Assembly (NCBI GenBank): GCA_020059915.1
Contig: JAGVBB010000004.1
Span: forward strand, 2,910-66,909
Length of the DNA stretch: 64,000 nucleotides
From: Minisyncoccota bacterium
GTDB taxonomy: Bacteria > Patescibacteriota > Minisyncoccia > UBA6257 > GWB1-50-10
Direction of reading: 5' to 3'
Shown: positions 59,814-64,000 of the stretch, one piece after another
How positions within the stretch are numbered: the stretch's first letter is position 1
Layout of the letters: every line of letters begins with the position of its first letter
Notes under the pieces: model-generated
Seen by the model: the letters and a program-made list of their open reading frames with translations, nothing else
Database searches by the model: none
Told to the model about the DNA's origin: nothing
Position numbers and translations under genes: made by a program

Positions 59814-60565
59814 TCTCCTTGTACTATGACGCGAGTTTGATTTGTTTTCAAGCGCTTTATGATCTCTTCATCATTGGGGAACACAACACTAAACTGTTCT
59901 TTACTTAATGCGGGAACCCGCGTCAAAATCATTTGGCTCGCATAGATATCCTCATTATATGAACCAGTCAGTGTCGCTATGATACGAACCTGGTGTGCCT
60001 CAAATGAACTCATATTCTCTATTTGTCCTTTCACTCGAACAGAGCCATTCTCAATCGTTGTGGTGCTATTTCTCACAAAAAGATTTGGTGAACTAAATGC
60101 GTCTTTTGATTTCCAAGCAATATCAGTAACCTCCATGGTTATATCTTGTGGATTTCTGTATATACTGTTGCCCTCATATATATACCCTTCGCTTCCCGCG
60201 CGTAGTGACGATGATCCACGTAGTACGTCACGTTCAATACCATTCTCATCAAACATCCGTACCACATAGGAAAAAGGGAATGCATGATGCGTTTCATTTG
60301 GATTTTTGATATGGAATACAAACGAGACCTTCCCAGATTTTAATGGCATTGCAGAATACCCAAGAAATTCTATAGGTTCTATATTTTTCAATTCACAAGA
60401 GATACAAGATCCTCCACAATCAATTCCTGTTTCTGTTTGATTTTGTATTCCATCCTCACATGTTGGAACCTGTTTTGTTATAATTCCCCACAATACAGAC
60501 CCAATCAAAAATAATAATGCAATATATAATAGTGAATAGATTATTTGTTTTGATGTTCGTTGCAT
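59810..60565 (-). CDS. Hypothetical secreted protein (251 aa)
   Basis: Signal peptide and an early Cys cluster, no family recognised. Confidence 0.45.
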   Translation of the reverse strand: MQRTSKQIIYSLLYIALLFLIGSVLWGIITKQVPTCEDGIQNQTETGIDCGGSCISCELKNIEPIEFLGYSAMPLKSGKVSFVFHIKNPNETHHAFPFSYVVRMFDENGIERDVLRGSSSLRAGSEGYIYEGNSIYRNPQDITMEVTDIAWKSKDAFSSPNLFVRNSTTTIENGSVRVKGQIENMSSFEAHQVRIIATLTGSYNEDIYASQMILTRVPALSKEQFSVVFPNDEEIIKRLKTNQTRVIVQGE

Positions 60566-60567
60566 GG

Positions 60568-61323
60568 TTATGAATGAATAATTTCAACAATTTTTTTAAA
60601 CTCTTTTGCACGCAAGCTTGCTCCTCCAACAAGAAATCCATCAATGGAGCGCTCTTTTAAAAACATTCCGATGTTATTAACACCAACAGAACCACCATAC
60701 AATCCAACTATTTTATATTGTGCCCATAATTTCATTGATTCTGCCAAAAATGCTTTTATATTTTGGATCATTTCTCCAGCACTCTCTGAATCATCAATGA
60801 CACCTCCATCATTATTATTAGTACTAATTGCCCAAACTGGTTCATATGCAATGATCAATTTTCCGACACCACCTCGTACAAGATCAAGATCGCGTTCAAT
60901 CTGTCTTAAAACAAAATCACGTGCATTCATGTATCCCCCCGCGCGAACCTCACTCGTTTCCCCAACACACAAAACAGGGATAATTCCAGCAGTAAGCGCC
61001 GTATGAACTTTTTTTGCAATTGAATCATCGGTCTCTCCCAAATGTGCGCGTCTTTCTGAATGACCAATAATTGCATACCGCACCCCCATTTTTTTGAATA
61101 ACAAAGGAGATATTGCTCCAGTATATGGACCACTCAACGCATCAATAGGATCAATGTCTTGTGCACATAATGCCCCACGTTTAATAACTGCTCGAACACT
61201 CGGCATGTGAAACGAAGGAGGAGCAATAATCACATCCCGCATATCTTCTTCTTTTGCTAATCGTATCGCATCTTCTGTTGATACGGGATTCATTTTCCAA
61301 TTTGCAATAACTAAATGTTTCAT
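60568..61323 (-). CDS. tpiA: Triosephosphate isomerase
   Basis: ANWKMN, GHSERR and AYEPVWAIST motifs. Confidence 0.9.
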   Translation of the reverse strand: MKHLVIANWKMNPVSTEDAIRLAKEEDMRDVIIAPPSFHMPSVRAVIKRGALCAQDIDPIDALSGPYTGAISPLLFKKMGVRYAIIGHSERRAHLGETDDSIAKKVHTALTAGIIPVLCVGETSEVRAGGYMNARDFVLRQIERDLDLVRGGVGKLIIAYEPVWAISTNNNDGGVIDDSESAGEMIQNIKAFLAESMKLWAQYKIVGLYGGSVGVNNIGMFLKERSIDGFLVGGASLRAKEFKKIVEIIHS

Positions 61324-61982
61324 TTATTTTTTAATCTTTTTTTATGTTCTCGTTTCAATGCTAGCAACCTTTTTGTATGAACAATTTTATCAATAACGGT
61401 CTCACGTTTTTTGGAATAATTTTTCTTCTCTAATGGAAGGACATACGTTTTTATATTATTTTTTAAAAAGAATCCAACGATCTCAGCGAATAAAACTCTG
61501 TGTGTATGAAATGAACCATATTCTTTTTCAATTATGGGAATTAAATCTTCTTTTATCACAACCATATAAGGAATAGATTTGGGAATATTATATTCTCCCT
61601 CCAAAATATTTTCACTTGTTGCAATAACACACTCATAGCCGTCCCGCATTTTTTGAATTATCTTTTCCCTTTCAGTGAATACGGGAATGGAGCCTGAATC
61701 AATAAACATTCGTAAATTTCCCTTAGTGAGGCGCAATCCTTCAGTAATAAAACCACCCCAACGATCCTTTTCTTTCAGTTCTGCAATATCGATATATTTT
61801 ACCAATGTAGAAAATTTCTCACAGACACGCTTTGATTCTATGGATGCATTCATATATACAAGAAGACATTCATATGAAAATTCAGACAAAGAAAGCATGT
61901 AGTCTAATGAAAGGAGAGAATCAAGAATCTCTTCACCTTCATGTTGTATTGGAATAATTACTGATAAAAAAGGTTTCGACAT
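61320..61982 (-). CDS. Probable family-2 glycosyltransferase-like protein (short)
   Basis: N-terminal LSVIIPIQHEGEEI resembles the GT2 SVIIPxYNE start. A later G..RLTKG...FIDSGS resembles the DxD region. Confidence 0.4.
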   Translation of the reverse strand: MSKPFLSVIIPIQHEGEEILDSLLSLDYMLSLSEFSYECLLVYMNASIESKRVCEKFSTLVKYIDIAELKEKDRWGGFITEGLRLTKGNLRMFIDSGSIPVFTEREKIIQKMRDGYECVIATSENILEGEYNIPKSIPYMVVIKEDLIPIIEKEYGSFHTHRVLFAEIVGFFLKNNIKTYVLPLEKKNYSKKRETVIDKIVHTKRLLALKREHKKRLKNK

Positions 61983-61984
61983 GA

Positions 61985-63871
61985 TTATATATTTCTGAGA
62001 CGTGAATAGATTTCTGCATCCACATCAGCTTTTGGTTTTCCGTATGTAGACCGAGAAAGTTCCCGTATTTGCTCTCCACGTGTCGCAATGCCCTTTGGCG
62101 GAAATGGAATAAATAACGAAAAAGGAGGGTAAATTTTGTTGTTGATGATTATTTTTGCATACGCATGTAAGTTATCAACATTTATTAAATCATCTTTGCT
62201 AAATATTGGTGAAAATTGTTTTTCAAGAAATTCTGCGTCATTGGGGCCAACACGAAATGAAATCATTGATCCAACGTTTCCAAAAATTGCATCACGAATT
62301 GGATCCTTTAATTGTGCAATAAATTGATGGGCTACCGTAAGACATAGTCTGTATTTTCTTGCCTCAGAAAGAATTGTTGAAATTGATGGTGTGGTAAAGT
62401 TTTGGAACTCATCTATATAGAGATAAAAATCTTTTCTAGCATCTTGATCTGCTATATCTGCACGTGAAAATGCCGCCATAGTAAGCTTGCCAACAATAAT
62501 CATACCCAACAAACTTGCATTCATTTCCCCGATTCTTCCCTTGGAGAGATTTACCAAGAGAATTTTTCCTTCGTCCATAATCTTTCTGAAATTGAAAGAA
62601 CTTTTTGATTGCGCAATAATAGGACGAACAAAATCGTTTGCAATAAATGTACTAAATTTTGAAGTAATATATGGAACCATGTTTTTGAGATCTGCCTCAC
62701 CTCCCGCTTGGTGTGCTTCCTTCTCCCAAAAATCTTTTGCCACAATGTTGGTACACTTGGAAAGTAACATTTCTCTGAAATCCGAATCAGAAAGTACGCG
62801 AGGAATTTCAAGAATAGTATATCCTGCTTCTGGATCATCCATTAAGAGCAATAAAGCATTTCTTGTATATTGTTCAAACATAGGACCTCCCGTAGCTTTC
62901 AAATCATATAATGTGTCAAAAATCATCATCAATTCATTAATGATGAATGTTTTTTGTTCAGGAAAACGAGCATCGTATTCAAGCATGTTCACGGAAAGCG
63001 GATGATTTATATCAGAAGGGTCAAACACGATAACATCCTTTGCGCGTGATTCAGGAATCCTGTTCAATACATCTTCAAAAAGATCGCCATTGGGATCGAT
63101 GAGGCACACCCCTTCTCCCGCCAAGATGTCTTGTCCGGATATATTGTTCAAAAATACTGATTTACCAGTTCCTGTCTGTCCGACAAGATACAAATGCCTT
63201 CTTCTGTCTTCTCTAGTGAGCCGTATTTCCCGTCCCATTCCCCTATATTTACTTTGTCCCAAAATAATTCCTTCGTGTGGAATCTCCGATGGTGGTGGAG
63301 CTTCTTTTGATTTCAAGTAACTTATTCTTGGAACCTCAGTAAACGCTGTGGGGAGATGAAACACGCTCGCAAGTTCTTCAGAATTGAGAACTATTGATTC
63401 ATCTTTTGAATATTCCCTAAAAATAAATTTATGTATGAGATCGTTCTCATTTTGTTTTTTAACAACAAATTCATTTCTTTCGGGAGCATTGAACTGTGCA
63501 AATCCCGCCTCAATACTATCAATGATGGATTTTGCTTGTGGAACACTGGGAGCGGATGCAACAACGCGGATATTAACCGAGAATAGCGGTTTTGCAATTT
63601 TTCCCTCAAGCATTTTTATTGAGTGCTCATCAATGCCGTCACTCTTTTCATTGAACACCTCGTTTCCTTTCATTGCGATATTGCCAATGTCACGAAATGA
63701 AAGCTCTCCTGATGAACCGGCAAAGATAACATCCTTTGCTTTCCTTCCCTTTCTCAACTCTTCAATTGCTTTTTGGATATTTTTTTTGACAAAATTTTCT
63801 GCTGGACGAACTATGTATTGAACAGAACAACCTTCTCCAACCTCATTGATGCGCGCAAGTCCACCCAACAC
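61985..63871 (-). CDS. FtsK/HerA-superfamily ATPase resembling TraD/VirD4, paralog of the 38066-40000 gene, with a roughly 220-aa N-terminal extra domain
   Basis: Walker A LVGQTGTGKS, FYLYIDEFQNF and SEARKYRLCLTVAHQFIAQL. The two paralogs align along the whole ATPase core. Confidence 0.6.
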   Translation of the reverse strand: MLGGLARINEVGEGCSVQYIVRPAENFVKKNIQKAIEELRKGRKAKDVIFAGSSGELSFRDIGNIAMKGNEVFNEKSDGIDEHSIKMLEGKIAKPLFSVNIRVVASAPSVPQAKSIIDSIEAGFAQFNAPERNEFVVKKQNENDLIHKFIFREYSKDESIVLNSEELASVFHLPTAFTEVPRISYLKSKEAPPPSEIPHEGIILGQSKYRGMGREIRLTREDRRRHLYLVGQTGTGKSVFLNNISGQDILAGEGVCLIDPNGDLFEDVLNRIPESRAKDVIVFDPSDINHPLSVNMLEYDARFPEQKTFIINELMMIFDTLYDLKATGGPMFEQYTRNALLLLMDDPEAGYTILEIPRVLSDSDFREMLLSKCTNIVAKDFWEKEAHQAGGEADLKNMVPYITSKFSTFIANDFVRPIIAQSKSSFNFRKIMDEGKILLVNLSKGRIGEMNASLLGMIIVGKLTMAAFSRADIADQDARKDFYLYIDEFQNFTTPSISTILSEARKYRLCLTVAHQFIAQLKDPIRDAIFGNVGSMISFRVGPNDAEFLEKQFSPIFSKDDLINVDNLHAYAKIIINNKIYPPFSLFIPFPPKGIATRGEQIRELSRSTYGKPKADVDAEIYSRLRNI

Positions 63872-64000
63872 AGAAAGAAATGGGTCTGATTCAAATTCCT
63901 GATATGTTCGAAATGGAATAATAAAATAATCACGTTGTGCTAGAGAAAACGCAGAGACAGCTCCAGATGGATTGAATATATTGTAATCGGTAACGGGGAC

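Overview
This 64 kb window is AT-rich and almost entirely housekeeping, with most genes on the minus strand. It looks like a small-genome Patescibacteria/CPR-type bacterium using the standard genetic code. Supporting hallmarks are: no rpmD (L30) between rpsE and rplO, a short L3, a Zn-ribbon-extended L24, a Gly/Arg-rich N-terminal extension on S5, and an AlaRS lacking the C-terminal domain. I cannot verify this affiliation from sequence alone.

Gene content, in window order:
- topA 3' end, map, adk, class II fba, a pfkB-family kinase, and a transketolase split into N- and C-terminal subunit genes.
- A near-complete S10-spc ribosomal cluster (rplC through secY).
- The str cluster (rpsL, rpsG, fusA, tuf, rpsJ), with a hypothetical secreted-protein gene inserted between fusA and tuf.
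- rpmB, one tRNA-Pro(GGG) flanked by an exact 50-bp tandem duplication, ddl, ldcA, ndk, aspS, a two-ORF ComEC, mnmA, efp, alaS, dnaG-rpoD, plsY, rpsF-ssb-rpsR, rpoB-rpoC, mltG, an FtsW/RodA-family gene, and tpiA.

Features that are not ordinary housekeeping:
1. Two paralogous FtsK/HerA-superfamily ATPases, about 640 aa each, resembling TraD/VirD4 coupling proteins. One has a C-terminal zinc ribbon and sits in a small operon with two unknown proteins downstream and three small basic proteins upstream.
2. A roughly 170-nt GC-rich structured element with its own promoter and a possible weak hairpin plus U-run upstream of ldcA. This is a candidate sRNA or riboswitch-like leader.
3. A terminator after rpsJ and a canonical sigma70 promoter directly before rplC, which split the S10 operon. 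The 650-bp spacer also holds a perfect 20-bp-arm palindrome.
4. Several families of short interspersed intergenic repeats: a 30-nt motif in three copies, a 17-mer in two exact copies, a CCCTAAAC motif family, and a GC-rich hairpin 20-mer.
5. An in-frame heptanucleotide microsatellite inside mnmA.
6. Many intrinsic terminators with a GGGG/CCCC-stem plus T-run architecture.
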